The notes: a model not told the origin generated them from the letters alone. Positions 11,041-26,858 are shown, numbered from the whole stretch's first letter. The stretch is 63,957 nucleotides of DNA, filler included, from Octopus bimaculoides (GCF_001194135.2; 7 parts of 7 records of this genome joined end to end with filler, not necessarily neighbours in it); one strand, 5' to 3'. A program made the numbers and translations.

Positions 11041-12636
11041 CCACCGCTCTCCGAACCAAACAACTCTTTGACCATATCTATTCTTGCATAAAGAACACCT
11101 TTTTTTCCACATCACTACCATCAACACTACCACCACGAATTTGGCCCTGTTTCAAAGACATTCCAACCGTGACCACACAGTCATGTCTTATATTTATAGG
11201 CATAATGTACCCCCCTAAATACAATACACGATGTGTTTTTTCCATTTGTTATTATTATCTTTAAATCTCCAGATCATGATTCCAGCCATTTCGTTCTTAT
11301 TTCTAGCATTTCGAGCGACCACACTGGAGTCACCTCGTTAACCAGTCACGTAATTATTCATGATATTTCAGCACAGTTTTCTGTCATGTTCCAAGTTGAG
11401 CGAGCATCTTTCCATGATCTTTGTTCACGTAAGCAGAACCATCAATGGCGAAAGGTATCTCGATTGCATAGATGTGACCTTAAGAAGGCACCGAATGTGC
11501 AGAAGGTTAAAAAGGCGTCAAGTACATCTTCTTCTTCATAGCAAGTAGGTGTGGCTACAAATAGCACCAAGAAGGTCATTGATGAGCATAAAGGGTGTTT
11601 TGATGATATAAGATGTAAAACAAATTCAGAAGTGCAGTAGTGTTGAAGGAATGGGGTTAAGCGAGGGCGTCTTGTCTCTCTCTACATGCTGCAACAGAAA
11701 GTAGATGTTGATCGGAATCTTATGATACAAACCAAGAAGATGAGACAGGAATGAAAGAGACCCGGGAGGTTTTGTAACCCGTGTAACCCAGACATGGCTG
11801 AAGGGTTTTCCTGATGTGAAGGTCAACAGCATTGCTTTTTGTTGAAGTTCTCAAGGGCAAGAGACNNNNNNNNNNNNNNNNNNNNNNNNNNNNNNNNNNN
11901 NNNNNNNNNNNNNNNNNNNNNNNNNNNNNNNNNNNNNNNNNNNNNNNNNNNNNNNNNNNNNNNNNNNNNNNNNNNNNNNNNNNNNNNNNNNNNNNNNNNN
12001 NNNNNNNNNNNNNNNNNNNNNNNNNNNNNNNNNNNNNNNNNNNNNNNNNNNNNNNNNNNNNNNNNNNNNNNNNNNNNNNNNNNNNNNNNNNNNNNNNNNN
12101 NNNNNNNNNNNNNNNNNNNNNNNNNNNNNNNNNNNNNNNNNNNNNNNNNNNNNNNNNNNNNNNNNNNNNNNNNNNNNNNNNNNNNNNNNNNNNNNNNNNN
12201 NNNNNNNNNNNNNNNNNNNNNNNNNNNNNNNNNNNNNNNNNNNNNNNNNNNNNNNNNNNNNNNNNNNNNNNNNNNNNNNNNNNNNNNNNNNNNNNNNNNN
12301 NNNNNNNNNNNNNNNNNNNNNNNNNNNNNNNNNNNNNNNNNNNNNNNNNNNNNNNNNNNNNNNNNNNNCATACGTGTATGTGTGTATGTGTTACGTAAAC
12401 GTGACATAGTACTGATTATCCACCCATGCAGCAGTCTAACGCAGGAAACCATTGCCAGCCGACTAAAGTACGACAACTGTCTTGCTATAAGTGAGGAGGA
12501 GGAGGAGGTGGTGGTGGTGGTGATGTAGGTGGTGGTGGGAAGTGGGAATTGGGAGGAGGTGGTGCTAACAGCGAAAGTAATCAGCCGGCTCTTCCTTCCT
12601 TTTTTATAACTAGTAGAATGTCAGGCTGATTCTAAC

Positions 12637-12682
<46 letters not shown>

Positions 12683-12692
12683 NNNNNNNNNN

Positions 12693-12738
<46 letters not shown>

Positions 12739-13320
12739 GTAACTGCATAAACACACAGATATAAACATGCACGCACACACACACATCTATCTATATGTAC
12801 GTGTGTGTGTGTGTTTGTGTGTGTGTGTGCTTGTGTGTGTGTGTGTCGGTGTTTTCGAGTCATTGCAGCTCCTCTGAGCGTATATGTATACATTAATATG
12901 CTTTTCCTACAGCATTAGAGCATTTTAGCTCTTATTTCTAGCAATATAGGTGTCTTGACACCCTTAGCTACATTTAATGACAATTATATTTTTCCTTATG
13001 GTAACACATTGCGTATACTGTTTATATTAATTGATAGATAGATAGATACATACATACATACATACATACATACATACATTCGTACGTGTGGCTGTGTGAT
13101 ATGAAGCTTGCTTCCCAACGACATGGTTCTGGCTTACGATAACCATAAGCATATCGTATTTGTTCCAACGTACGTTTCATCTTAGTGGTTGTTTGGAACG
13201 CTACTTGTGTGTGTGTGTATGTATGTATGTATGTATGTATGTATGTGTATATAAGCGGTGTGAGATGAACCCTTTCCTCATTTTTATCTTGTATTCCACA
13301 ATGGATATACTAACGATACT

Positions 13321-13353
<33 letters not shown>

Positions 13354-14275
13354 ATACTGAAGTCCTCTTGTCTGTATCGTATAAATTCATCACTGCTGAT
13401 ATTGATTCTACCGAGGATATATCTATATACCTGATTCTATCTGCTTAGGTTGCTGAAAACCTTTTTCCAAAGAACCTGGATTCTAAAGACCTCCAGGAAG
13501 TTAGATGTATCGAGTGTTAGTGGTCCGTCTTGAGAATACGGACTACATATTAGGCCAAGGTTTCTCAACCATTTTTTTATATTTATGTCCCCGTTGATTA
13601 CTTTTTATTCTGGTGGAGCCCATGGCTATTCAATTTTTTAAAAATAGTTTTATAGGAACTTCTTCCAAAATTTCTATTTTGTTTTNNNNNNNNNNNNNNN
13701 NNNNNNNNNNNNNNNNNNNNNNNNNNNNNNNNNNNNNNNNNNNNNNNNNNNNNNNNNNNNNNNNNNNNNNNNNNNNNNNNNNNNNNNNNNNNNNNNNNNN
13801 NNNNNNNNNNNNNNNNNNNNNNNNNNNNNNNNNNNNNNNNNNNNNNNNNNNNNNNNNNNNNNNNNNNNNNNNNNNNNNNNNNNNNNNNNNNNNNNNNNNN
13901 NNNNNNNNNNNNNNNNNNNNNNNNNNNNNNNNNNNNNNNNNNNNNNNNNNNNNNNNNNNNNNNNNNNNNNNNNNNNNNNNNNNNNNNNNNNNNNTATATA
14001 TATATGCCGAGGTGGATATTTGGAAGGACTCTCTGAGCCATGCAGAGATTGTGAAGACTTGTCTGATGCAGTTTCAGTTTTCAGTCACAATGTCCAAATT
14101 TCACGTTATGGAGTCGAACCCAGATCCATGTATTTTCGACATGAACTTGTTAATTACACTGCCATTTCTGTCGACAACAACGTGACAGTTTCAAGACTGA
14201 AGTTTCCTTCGAATATAGATGCCGATCATTGCTATATTGTATTTCATCAAGCAAACCATAGCTCGCTCTCTCTCT

Positions 14276-14434
<159 letters not shown>

Positions 14435-14462
14435 GTTGCACGTGCCTGTGCGAATGTGTATA

Positions 14463-14495
<33 letters not shown>

Positions 14496-14559
14496 TAACA
14501 CGGCAGCTGTAATTATATTGCATTTACATATTTTAACAAACAAGTCATTTTTATGTTGT

Positions 14560-15059
14560 TTACTTAACCAACCAGCTACGATTATGTTATATGTTTTAAT
14601 CCAACCAACCGTAACAAATTAATATGATTTTATCAAACTAATTACAACTACATTTTATAATCCACCATATAGCTATATTAAATTTCATCTTCTCTTCTAC
14701 TTGTGTCATAAGACTGCGGCCTAGCTGTGGCACTTCATTGAAGGATTTGATCGAACAAATCAATCTCAGAACGTTTTTTACAGTCACGTACTTTTCCTAT
14801 TGGTTATTTTGACGAACCACTAAGTAAAAGGAACGTAAACAAACCAGCCTTGGTTGCCAAAGACAGACACACACATAAATATACATAACAGGCTTCCGCA
14901 TAGTTTCTCCCTACCAAATTCACTCACAAGGCATTGGTCGCCCTGGGGACTATAGAAAAAAAACGTTTAAGGTGTTTTACAGTGGGACTGTACCTGTAAC
15001 AAATTTGTATGGTTTTTATCAACCAACCATTCTATTATCCAACAAAGCGACCGTATAGT

Positions 15060-15131
<72 letters not shown>

Positions 15132-16860
15132 CATGCCTGCCATACTATACTCTGTGTACTATGAACCAATATTGTAACTGTTGTTGGTTTTCACCAGAAA
15201 GTTTAGTTTTATTGAATATTTGATTTAGTGAACCATCGCTGTGTTATGCCTCGTAGCAAGTCAATCACAGCAATTTGGTAGGCTGTAGCCAGCCAACTGT
15301 GACTACTTATGCATTATTTCAGCCATCTGTAACTGTTTTGTGTTAACAAACCAAACAAAGCTATATTGGGTTCTAACCGGCCAAGCAGCTATTTTAATAC
15401 TTTAATCCTACCATAGCGATTCAATGTCTTAACAGGCGAAATATAGCTATATCGCATGGTTTAACCAACCAACCTGGCTATTTTCATGCTTTAATTCAGC
15501 CAGGCATAGCTATTCTGTCTTATAGAACAATAACAATATTGTTTTATCCAGCCAAAAGTATACATTAATCCAGTCAGCCAACTATAGCCTTTCTGTGTCA
15601 TAACAAACCAGCTATAACTATATCGTATGCATTAGTCTGCCAACCGTAGCTATATTTATTGCTTTAATCAAGCCAACCGTATCTATTCTATGTCATTACA
15701 AGCCAATTGTAGCTATACCGCATGCTTTAACCAGGTTACCTTGGGTATATTCTATGCTTTAATTCAACCAATCAGCTATTCTGAGAAACTAGCCAAACAT
15801 GACATTTATCATGTTTAGCCTACCAGCCATAGACTTTTTTCCAACAAAGTGCAAATATTGCATATCTTAGCAAATCAACTACAGATATATATATCGTATG
15901 ATGTAATCAACCAACCGCTTTAATCTAACGAAGCATAACTATTCCAGTCATAGTGTATTGTTTTAATCAGGAAACCATATACTTTTAATCCAACCAACCA
16001 AAATTTTTGCATGTCTTAACAAACCGACCATAGTTATGTTATGTTTTTACCAACTAACAGTTGATGAATTCATGTATAAACCAACCAATCATAGCGAGTC
16101 TGTCTAATCAAAGCAGCTATTGCGATGTTGTGTTTTAACCAGGAAAATATATGCTTTAATCTAACTTGTATGTCTTAATACACAGCTATACAGCATGATT
16201 AAACCAACCAACCGTAGCTATATTTATTTAAAACCTACTTTGTCTTATGAATCCATAGCGATATTGTATTTTAAACAGTCAACCATGAAATTTAATCCAG
16301 TCAACCATAGCTTTTCTGTCTTATTGTATATCTTAGTACAAAACTATACAGCATGATTTAACCAACCAACCGTAGCTATATTTATATAAAACCTACTTTG
16401 TCTTATGAATCCACAACGATATTGTATTTTAAACAGTCAACCGTGAAATTTAATCCAATCAACCATAGCTTCTCTGTCTTATTGTATATCTTAATACAAA
16501 ACTATACAGCATGATTTAACCAACCAACCGTAGCTATATTTATATAAAACCTACTTTGTCTTATGAATCCATAGTGATATTGTGTTTTAAGCAGTCAACC
16601 GTGAAATTTAATCCAATCAGCCATATCTTTTCTGTCTTATTGTATATCTTAATACAAAAACTATACAGCATGATTTAGCCAACCAACCGTAGCTATATTT
16701 ATATAAAACCTACTTTGTCTTATGAAACCATAGCGATATTGTGTTTTAAACAGTCAACCGTGAAATTTAATCCAATCAGCCAGAGTTCTTCTCTCTTAAC
16801 AGGTCAACTGTAGTTATATCACATCGCTATTCTGTTATAATAAGCCAAGCATAGTTATGT
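14560..16860 (+). repeat. Degenerate ~30-35 bp satellite (core CCAACCAACC(A/G)TAGCTATATT...TTTAA), interrupted by a SINE fragment and (TA)n
   Basis: The monomer recurs through 14560-14700 and 15020-16860. Confidence 0.75.
16186..16800 (+). repeat. 158-bp higher-order tandem repeat, about 3.9 highly similar copies
   Basis: The anchor CTATACAGCATGATT starts at 16186, 16344, 16502 and 16661 (spacing 158/158/159). Confidence 0.92.
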
Positions 16861-17286
16861 TAAATGTTTCGTGCTATCACCTTTTGTGTTATTTTGGTTT
16901 CAGGCTTTGTTTATCAAAGCCATTTCGTTCCGCCTTTCATCAATAAGTGTATAACATTCTATTATAATAACCCTTTTCTATATATTCCTTCTTTTCCTTT
17001 TACCGACCTTTTATCTTTTTCATTTTTATCTTATTTATTATTTATTTATTTCACTTTCTCTGTTGAAGCTATTTCATTAATCTGATATCAATCCTCCACG
17101 TGATGGGTGGTCAGGAATTTTAAAACAAGCTAAACGTGTGTGTGTGTGTGTGTGTGTGTAGGGGGAAGGGGTAGTGTGCATGTGTGTGTGTTTGTATGTA
17201 TGTGTATGCGTGCGTGCGTATGTAGGCTAGTGCTTATGTATTTGGTGTATGTGTCTATAGAGAGATTACATGCCTGCGTATATTTC

Positions 17287-17325
<39 letters not shown>

Positions 17326-17356
17326 CATATATACATACATACATATACATACATAC

Positions 17357-17387
<31 letters not shown>

Positions 17388-17425
17388 CACACATATATAT
17401 ATATATATATATATAAATGTGTTTG

Positions 17426-17460
<35 letters not shown>

Positions 17461-18497
17461 GTGTTTGTATGTATATATATATGTGTGTATATATACATAT
17501 ATGTGTGTGTGTGTGTGTGTGTATATACACACATACATACGTACATATATATATGTATATATATATTCATATATATATATATATATGAATGTGCTGGTGT
17601 ATGTATGCATATATAAATATATATATAGGAATGACAATAATACACCAGACAATGTTTTGCTGTTGTGTCAAATGCTAAGTTAGACTGCCATAATGACCCG
17701 GTGATTAATGGATTAAGAGGGATTAAGATCTGCTAAGGAACAGCTTCAGTCACGAGACTGCGATATTTTCACTCCAACAACTGAGAGGTCCTTTGCTTCT
17801 CCCTTTTCATAGCCGTACATTTTCTTCTCCCCACCCCACTCTCTCTCATCCTTATCCTCTTTTTATATATACATGTGTGTATGTATGTGTGTGTGTGTGT
17901 GTGTATGTGTGTGTGTGTTAATACATATATGAAATATCTGTTTGTATATTGTAAGATTTGTTTTTTTTATGCTGGGTTTTAATAAAACCAATATTACATT
18001 AATCTGATAGTTTACACAAATTTCTTATTCTTTAGCAAGAATTTTATTGACAGTGACTTCGAAGTTTCGACCAATTAAGCCATCGTCCGATGAAACTTGA
18101 AGATGAACAGGTTAACAGGCGAAAACTTTTGAACTCACTATCAATAACATTCTTGTTTAAGAATAATAGCTAGATAGATAGGTAGGTAGATAGAGATAGG
18201 TAGGTAGGTAGGTAGGTAGGTAGATAGATATATAGATAGGTGTGTGTGTTTGTGTATCTATGTATGAATATATTTATGTAAGTATAATATAAATCTATAA
18301 AATACATGCACACACACATACATAAACCACACACACACACACACACATCTCAAGATTAAGACCGACGACCGCTGTTTAATAAAGTCTTCAGTATATACAA
18401 CAATGTGGAATTTAATTACTTGTATTCGCATATCGGCTTCCAATTCAATTAAATGTTTCAATCTTGTTCTTCAAGCTCTCGTCAATACTATAGCACG

Positions 18498-18568
<71 letters not shown>

Positions 18569-18874
18569 NNNNNNNNNNNNNNNNNNNNNNNNNNNNNNNN
18601 NNNNNNNNNNNNNNNNNNNNNNNNNNNNNNNNNNNNNNNNNNNNNNNNNNNNNNNNNNNNNNNNNNNNNNNNNNNNNNNNNNNNNNNNNNNNNNNNNNNN
18701 NNNNNNNNNNNNNNNNNNNNNNNNNNNNNNNNNNNNNNNNNNNNNNNNNNNNNNNNNNNNNNNNNNNNNNNNNNNNNNNNNNNNNNNNNNNNNACCTGTA
18801 CACACACCTACATATCCACTCACGAGTAGTTATGTATACTAAACTTTTACTATGGAGTATATCCATTAACATAA

Positions 18875-18922
<48 letters not shown>

Positions 18923-19027
18923 CCGCACATCCATATGTACGTTCATATATGTAAATGTGTGTGCGTGTGAGTATATATATATGTATATATATATATGCAT
19001 ATGAATACATACGTGTGTGTGTGTGTA

Positions 19028-19066
<39 letters not shown>

Positions 19067-19232
19067 GTATACATATATGTACGTATGAACATATAAGTCC
19101 ATATGTATATGTATATGTGTATATGTATGTGCATATATATGCATATGTATATAAGTGTGTGTGTACGCATATGAATACATATGTGTGTCCATGTGCATGT
19201 ATATTTATCTATCGATATATATATATATATAT

Positions 19233-19308
<76 letters not shown>

Positions 19309-19481
19309 ATATCGATACATTTATACACACACACTCATGTACACGTATATCACTTTTCTGGCTCTGACGTATTGTACCTACAACTCACTCTTCTCTCACA
19401 TTCTACTTTATTCTGAACTTCTTTCTTTATTCCTCTTTCTCTCTCTCACTTTCTTTCTTTCCTCCTTTCTCTCTCTCTCTC

Positions 19482-19562
<81 letters not shown>

Positions 19563-19779
19563 GAAGTACGTACGTAAACGTGTGTATGTATTGCACATTT
19601 GTGTGCGGTTATATCTATGTGAACATGCGCACATATATCCCCGTATAAGTGGTTGTACCTGTACGTCTTTATGTGTACATACATTAACAAACACTCTCAC
19701 ACACACACACACATACGTACACACAGACATACAGGCAGGCAGGCAGATAGATAAATAAACAGGTAGTTAGTTAGGTAGG

Positions 19780-19828
<49 letters not shown>

Positions 19829-19960
19829 TCTGTAGTCCTTGATAGAATACTCCTTAATAATGTTATATGAATATGAACCCAGCAACTTAAAGCTGATTTG
19901 ACCGCAGAAGCGTACGTCATGATTTGCTATTAAAGCCTGTTAATTTCCATGTTCGTGTAT

Positions 19961-20088
<128 letters not shown>

Positions 20089-21168
20089 CAGCCAGTTGTG
20101 GTGGTTGTGCAGGTTCGGTGTACACCTACAGTTATTACTCATAATGTTGAGGAGAAGCACCCAATAATGCTTTTAAACGTTGGCAGAAGGACAATAAACT
20201 TATGTATGAAATTTGTATATCTGGTATCTGTGCTATCGACCTTGGAAAGATGAAAGGCACGCTGTGAATTGGTAACGTAAATGAGAATTATCTAAGCGTC
20301 GTGAGGCATTTTGAGCGATGTTTCACCGTTTCTGCTATTTAAATTGCTTGGCATTGGCAAAATACAGCAAATTCCAACTACAGCAGTTCTTGAGAAATTG
20401 GTTGTTTGTTCTGCAGCAACATGTAAATAATATAGAGGCGCAAGCATGGTTGTGTGGTTAAGAAGGTCGCTTTCCAACGACGTGATTTGGGGTTCTGTCC
20501 TACTACGCGGCAGCTTGGACAAGAGCTTTCCTTCTATAGTTTCGGGTCAACAAATGCTTTGTGACTGAATTTGGTAGATAGAAACTGTGTAGAAGCCCAT
20601 TGTACGTTTCTGTCCATGTGAGTGCACAAACATACCGCTTGACAGCTGGTGTTGGTTTGTTTGCGTCACATCTGGAGCACCTGAGATCATAGCTCGCAAA
20701 TCTGGTCACTTGACCTGCACAAGGTTGCCATGACACTCAACGGACATGAAGCTCCTACGTGATCCAGTGAAATGACAGTTAAATATACCTCAGATTACTC
20801 CCAAACGTCTCAGAGAGGAAGCACGCATTTGGATAATATAATATTGGATGTACTGTGCCTAGTGGTCACATCTGGAGTGCCTCTGCTCATATGTGGCAGA
20901 TCTCTTCGATCGGGTGGGTAATGTAGTCATAGCTGTTGCGTCAACCATCGCTGAAGAACTGGCATCTACAGCAGTTGGAGCAAGTACTACCTCTGCCGCT
21001 GCTACTGCTACTACTACTACTACTACTACTGCTGCAACTACTACTACTACTGCTGCTACCGCTGCAACTACTACTACTACTACTACTACTACTACTGCTA
21101 CTACTACTACTACTGCTACTGCTGCAACTACTACTACTGCTACTACTACTACTGCTACTACTGCTGCA

Positions 21169-21212
<44 letters not shown>

Positions 21213-23252
21213 CATTACGATTATAAATTTCAGACACACGCTCATACTTGCCTATTCATGAGCAAACTTAATGGTAAANNNNNNNNNNNNNNNNNNNNNN
21301 NNNNNNNNNNNNNNNNNNNNNNNNNNNNNNNNNNNNNNNNNNNNNNNNNNNNNNNNNNNNNNNNNNNNNNNNNNNNNNNNNNNNNNNNNNNNNNNNNNNN
21401 NNNNNNNNNNNNNNNNNNNNNNNNNNNNNNNNNNNNNNNNNNNNNNNNNNNNNNNNNNNNNNNNNNNNNNNNNNNNNNNNNNNNNNNNNNNNNNNNNNNN
21501 NNNNNNNNNNNNNNNNNNNNNNNNNNNNNNNNNNNNNNNNNNNNNNNNGCTGGTGTTCGTCTTGTTAGTGATGATAACGGTGGTGGTGGTGGTGGTGGTG
21601 GTGGCGGCGGCAGTGAGGGCGGGAACCTTAACATATTCGGCTGAATCTCACTATTTGTCGTTCTTAACCCAGACGTGCAGGGTTCAAATTACCATTTTCC
21701 ACGTTCCTGGGTTTACAAGAATATGAATAAAAAACAAAAACAAAACAAAAAGTAAAAGGAAACGGCTATTTGAGTGTGCAACAGGCGAGACGATGTAAAA
21801 CATCCTGTCTACTACCACCTCTTCCATCACCACACCACTATCACCACCACCACCACCACCGTCAACACTATTACCAACACCGGGATTTCCACCAACCTAA
21901 CCTTCATAAACCGCACCACCACCATCGCCACCATCACCACCACCACCACTACCACCATCTTCTACTTCACCACCACCAACAACAACAACCTACCACAGGT
22001 ACCATTAACTCTATTACAACCATCGACACCATTAGCAGTGTCACTGTTGCTATTACCATCATAATCTCTACCACCATCAACCACCACCACCACCGTTAGC
22101 TGTACCACGACACCACCACCACCACCACCACCACCAATACTACTACTACTACTACTACTACTTCTACTATTAACTTCACAACAGCCGCCGCTGCCATTAC
22201 TACCACTATTACAATCTCCACTACCATTACAACCGCCACCACCATTACATTACTTCTTCAACCCTCCACCACCAGCAACTACCACCAGGTATTTCCTGAA
22301 TTGAGTATGACAGGAAATCCTTTCCCTCACCCTCAGTGACCTTCCCACATCTCTACAAACGATACACACACTCTCCTATACAAATGGCATAGCACTCCGT
22401 ACACACACATATACATACGTACATACAAACATACACACGCACATACATATACGCCCTTCCAGACAATACTGTTCATGTCCAACCCTAATTAAATCCCCTA
22501 AAGACATGGGTTCCACAACGACATTTCGTAAAGCAACCCCTACCGAATAACCTGTCTCTTCTTCTCAGCATTCGCAGAGGATATCTGTCTATAGAACCAA
22601 GCATTTTACTCAATAACATAAGTACATAAGTGTACCACACACACATACAGAAAAATACAAGGAGTTACATAGATTACAGCTACTGCATGTGCAACACACA
22701 TAGAGGACAATAAAGATTGGCAAAACTGTAGAAATGTACTACAACTATGGTTCTCGTCAATTTTTTTTTTTCGTATGTACGCCTTTCATTATTATTTTAT
22801 TCTTGTGGAACCCCACAGCCATTCGACATTTAAAAACTTGTTTTATAGATGACATTCTTTATTTAATTTTTTTCATGCGCCCTTCTAAAGCCTAGCCAGG
22901 CTCATGGGCCCGGTTTCCCGGTTTCTCAAGAAACAGGAAGAAAGTTTTGAGGAGGGGGGGGGGGGTTATTTGTCAATACTATCGATCCCCATTACTTGAA
23001 TAGTATTTTATTTCATCGATCCTGGAAGGATGCAAAACTGACATACACGGAAATAAAGCGAGAGAGAGAGAGAGAGAGAGTGAGTGATTAGCTAAGACAT
23101 TCAAGAAATGAGCAAGTGACTGACAGACAGACAAACAGAGACACAGAGAGAGACAGACGGACTGACAGATGGGAGTGGAGAGGAAACAGACGATGTGTTT
23201 GGTACGCATACACTCATCAGACATCTGTGTTTGATATCAAAATTACTTGTGC

Positions 23253-23292
<40 letters not shown>

Positions 23293-24064
23293 GTATACGC
23301 TTGTGTTGTAATATAATTCTGTACATGGGTGCACGCTAGTGATTTAATATGTCTGTATGTATGTGTATGCTTGTATTTTAATATAAGTTTGTATGTGTGT
23401 ATGCCTGTATATATCCGTGTATGTACGAATATGTGTGTAGTCATCATTGTCGTCATCGTTGTAGTTTAGCCCCGAGTCAACCCAATCCTGATTGAACAAA
23501 CATTGAAAAATAGATACTAACAGTGGTCATCATGATCTGTTTAGGGTTTGTAGGCAGGTCACAGAGAGAATTTTTGAAATAGGGAACAGCTGATTTCAGT
23601 CCTCACCAGCAGCATTTCCTCTCAAAATTCAACGGGAATGTAAACTTTATTATATATATTACTTTGACTGTATTTATTTTATTTTAAGAAGGGTTCCGTT
23701 AAATATTCATGGTCCCCTTTTCAGCTCCCAGAACAATATGCCGACTGATTTCTCTCCTACAGGCACTGCATGAAGATCAACTTTAATATGTTCCCTATTT
23801 CAAACTGTAGGATGTGATTCAAGGGCAATTTGGCTATTACCTCTAGCAAGTCTACGGAGTCTTGCTAGTTGAGTGTAGAGGATGGGGAATGCATCTGCAT
23901 GCCTGCAAATGTACTAGCACCCATCAAAATTCGGCTTCATCGTTAAATTAATTAGAATGAAATTAATTGAAATACAAATATTCCAATTTCAGCAGTCACC
24001 GGCATAGTCAGCAGCAGCAGCAGCCATAGTCTTCTGTTAAACTTGATACCTTGCGAAAAATAGA

Positions 24065-24615
24065 TGGATGGACAGACAGACAGACAGACAGGCAGACACA
24101 GACAGACAGACAGACAGACAGACAGATTAGATAGATAGACAGACAGACAGACAGATTAGATAGATAGACAGACAGACAGACAGATTAGATAGATAGACAG
24201 ACAGACAGACAGATTAGATAGATAGACAGACAGNNNNNNNNNNNNNNNNNNNNNNNNNNNNNNNNNNNNNNNNNNNNNNNNNNNNNNNNNNNNNNNNNNN
24301 NNNNNNNNNNNNNNNNNNNNNNNNNNNNNNNNNNNNNNNNNNNNNNNNNNNNNNTTAGATAGATAGATAGACAGACAGACAGATTAGATAGATAGATAGA
24401 CAGACAGACAGATTAGATAGATAGATAGACAGACAGACAGATTAGATAGATAGATAGACAGACAGACAGATTAGATAGATAGATAGACAGACAGACAGAT
24501 TAGATAGATAGACAGACAGACAGATTAGATACAGACAGACAGATTAGATAGATAGATAGACAGATTAGATACAGACAGATTAGATAGATAGATAGATAGA
24601 TAGATAGACGGACAG
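24065..24615 (+). repeat. Compound (GATA)n/(GACA)n array with a ~26-30 bp periodic unit, spanning a gap
   Basis: The unit TTAGATAGATAGACAGACAGACAGA is repeated. Confidence 0.9.
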
Positions 24616-25149
24616 ACACAGATTTTTCGAACACCTTGTACATACATACATATATATACAAATACATATATTTACATATACACACACGTACACATATACA
24701 CAGATATCTATCTGTGTGTCTGCATGTGTTTTTTTTTTTTAATATCTGCCTCCATGTTTCATAGATTGCTCTTGTCCATGTTTTGTGTATTTAGTTATTC
24801 TAGCTCTGTTGTGATGTCTTTTCGTGGTGTGTATTTAGTCTGTATTTATTACACTTTGATGTTTCAAAGTTGTGTTAAGTTAAAAGACTTATTTTTAAAT
24901 GTTTCTTAACACTTTTGTGGGTCATTTCAGATACAGGCAAACGTGTCTCTCTGTCAGTCACTTTGTATAGCTGTGCCTCTTTGGGTTCGTATGTGCGTGC
25001 GTGTGTGTGTGTGTGTGCCTGTGCGTCTGCTTGTGTGTCTGCGTGTGTGAATATGCATATGTTTCTGTGTATGTATTTTCATATGTGCGCTTATGTACAT
25101 GCCTGTGTCTTGTATTTGCTTGTGTGTGTACACACAAGAACATGCACGC

Positions 25150-25189
<40 letters not shown>

Positions 25190-25250
25190 TTGTATATATA
25201 TATATGTATATCTATGTATATATATATGTATATCTATGTATATATATGTG

Positions 25251-25287
<37 letters not shown>

Positions 25288-25667
25288 NNNNNNNNNNNNN
25301 NNNNNNNNNNNNNNNNNNNNNNNNNNNNNNNNNNNNNNNNNNNNNNNNNNNNNNNNNNNNNNNNNNNNNNNNNNNNNNNNNNNNNNNNNNNNNNNNNNNN
25401 NNNNNNNNNNNNNNNNNNNNNNNNNNNNNNNNNNNNNNNNNNNNNNNNNNNNNNNNNNNNNNNNNNNNNNNNNNNNNNNNNNNNNNNNNNNNNNNNNNNN
25501 NNNNNNNNNNNNNNNNNNNNNNNNNNNNNNNNNNNNNNNNNNNNNNNNNNNNNNNNNNNNNNNNNNNNNNNNNNNNNNNNNNNNNNNNNNNNNNNNNNNN
25601 NNNNNNNNNNNNNNNNNNNNNNNNNNNNNNNNNNNNNNNNNNNNNNNNNNNNNNNNNNNNNNNNNNN

Positions 25668-25709
<42 letters not shown>

Positions 25710-25940
25710 TAGACACACAGACGCGCACATTTATATACGCATGCACATACACACACACTACACTTACACACACACACATATATATTTATACACATAAAGC
25801 TATATGTATGTGTGTGTGTGTGTGTGTGTGCATAATGCACGAATGTGTGTATGTGTCTGTGTTTGAACCTGCTTGCATCTAAGTATTATCGTTGGGTGCA
25901 ATCTGCATGTAGTTATGTAATTTATACATTAATTGCGTTG

Positions 25941-26002
<62 letters not shown>

Positions 26003-26734
26003 AATGTCTTCGTGTTTGTATTTCTGTTGTATATGTTCATAATGTTATGTGTATTTGTGTATATATATGTGGGTGTATATGTAAAATACCCATATATAAA
26101 AATGCTATATATTTGTTTGTAAATGGGCAATGTGAGCGGGTGGGTGTTATCCTTTTAGGCGATATCTGTCGTCACAGCTGATGCAGGCGGGTGGCATTGC
26201 TTTGATACGGCTGGTTGTATTTATTTATTTATTGCAAACAACCTGATAAATTTCTGTTTATAATAATAGTTTTCTACTCTATGGTGAACATACGCATCCA
26301 TAGTTGTATGTATATGCATGTCTTTGTATACATATGCATACATATATACATTGCCTATATGTACATGTGTGTGTGAGTAAGTGTATGTGTGTGCCGGAAA
26401 GTAGATTCATATATATGTGCATATATATATATATATGAGTATACATGTCTAAGTGTGTCTGGTAGGTTTTGAGATATTAATCACAGAAGGCACATCTCAG
26501 TTCTACCAAGGGAGGCATCTGCTCACGGAGGGGTCTCTATAACTAGTTACAAATTATCATTTCTGTGTGAAGTGAAAGAATATGTGTAACTATGAATGCA
26601 TGTACGCATGCATGTGTGTGTATGTATGAACCCGGGTATGCATCTGAATCTGTATGTATATAAAATATATATATATATATATATATATATACATGTGTGT
26701 GTGTGTGTAGATTATATACACATATGTGTTTATA

Positions 26735-26790
<56 letters not shown>

Positions 26791-26858
26791 CATATGTGTG
26801 TGCGTGTGCGCGCGTATGTACATATATATAGATAGATACAAACACCCACACAGATATA

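Noticed and set aside
13556-13685. hAT/Charlie-like terminal sequence CCAAGGTTTCTCAACC
   Set aside because: The other end falls in a gap; no paired TIR or target-site duplication can be shown.
16186-16800. Regular array as CRISPR
   Set aside because: Whole units are near-identical with no unique spacers, the context is eukaryotic, and there are no cas genes.
20859-21261. Mucin-like Thr-rich or poly-Val/Leu/Ser ORFs
   Set aside because: An (ACT)n/(GCT)n microsatellite open on both strands; no splice or homology support.
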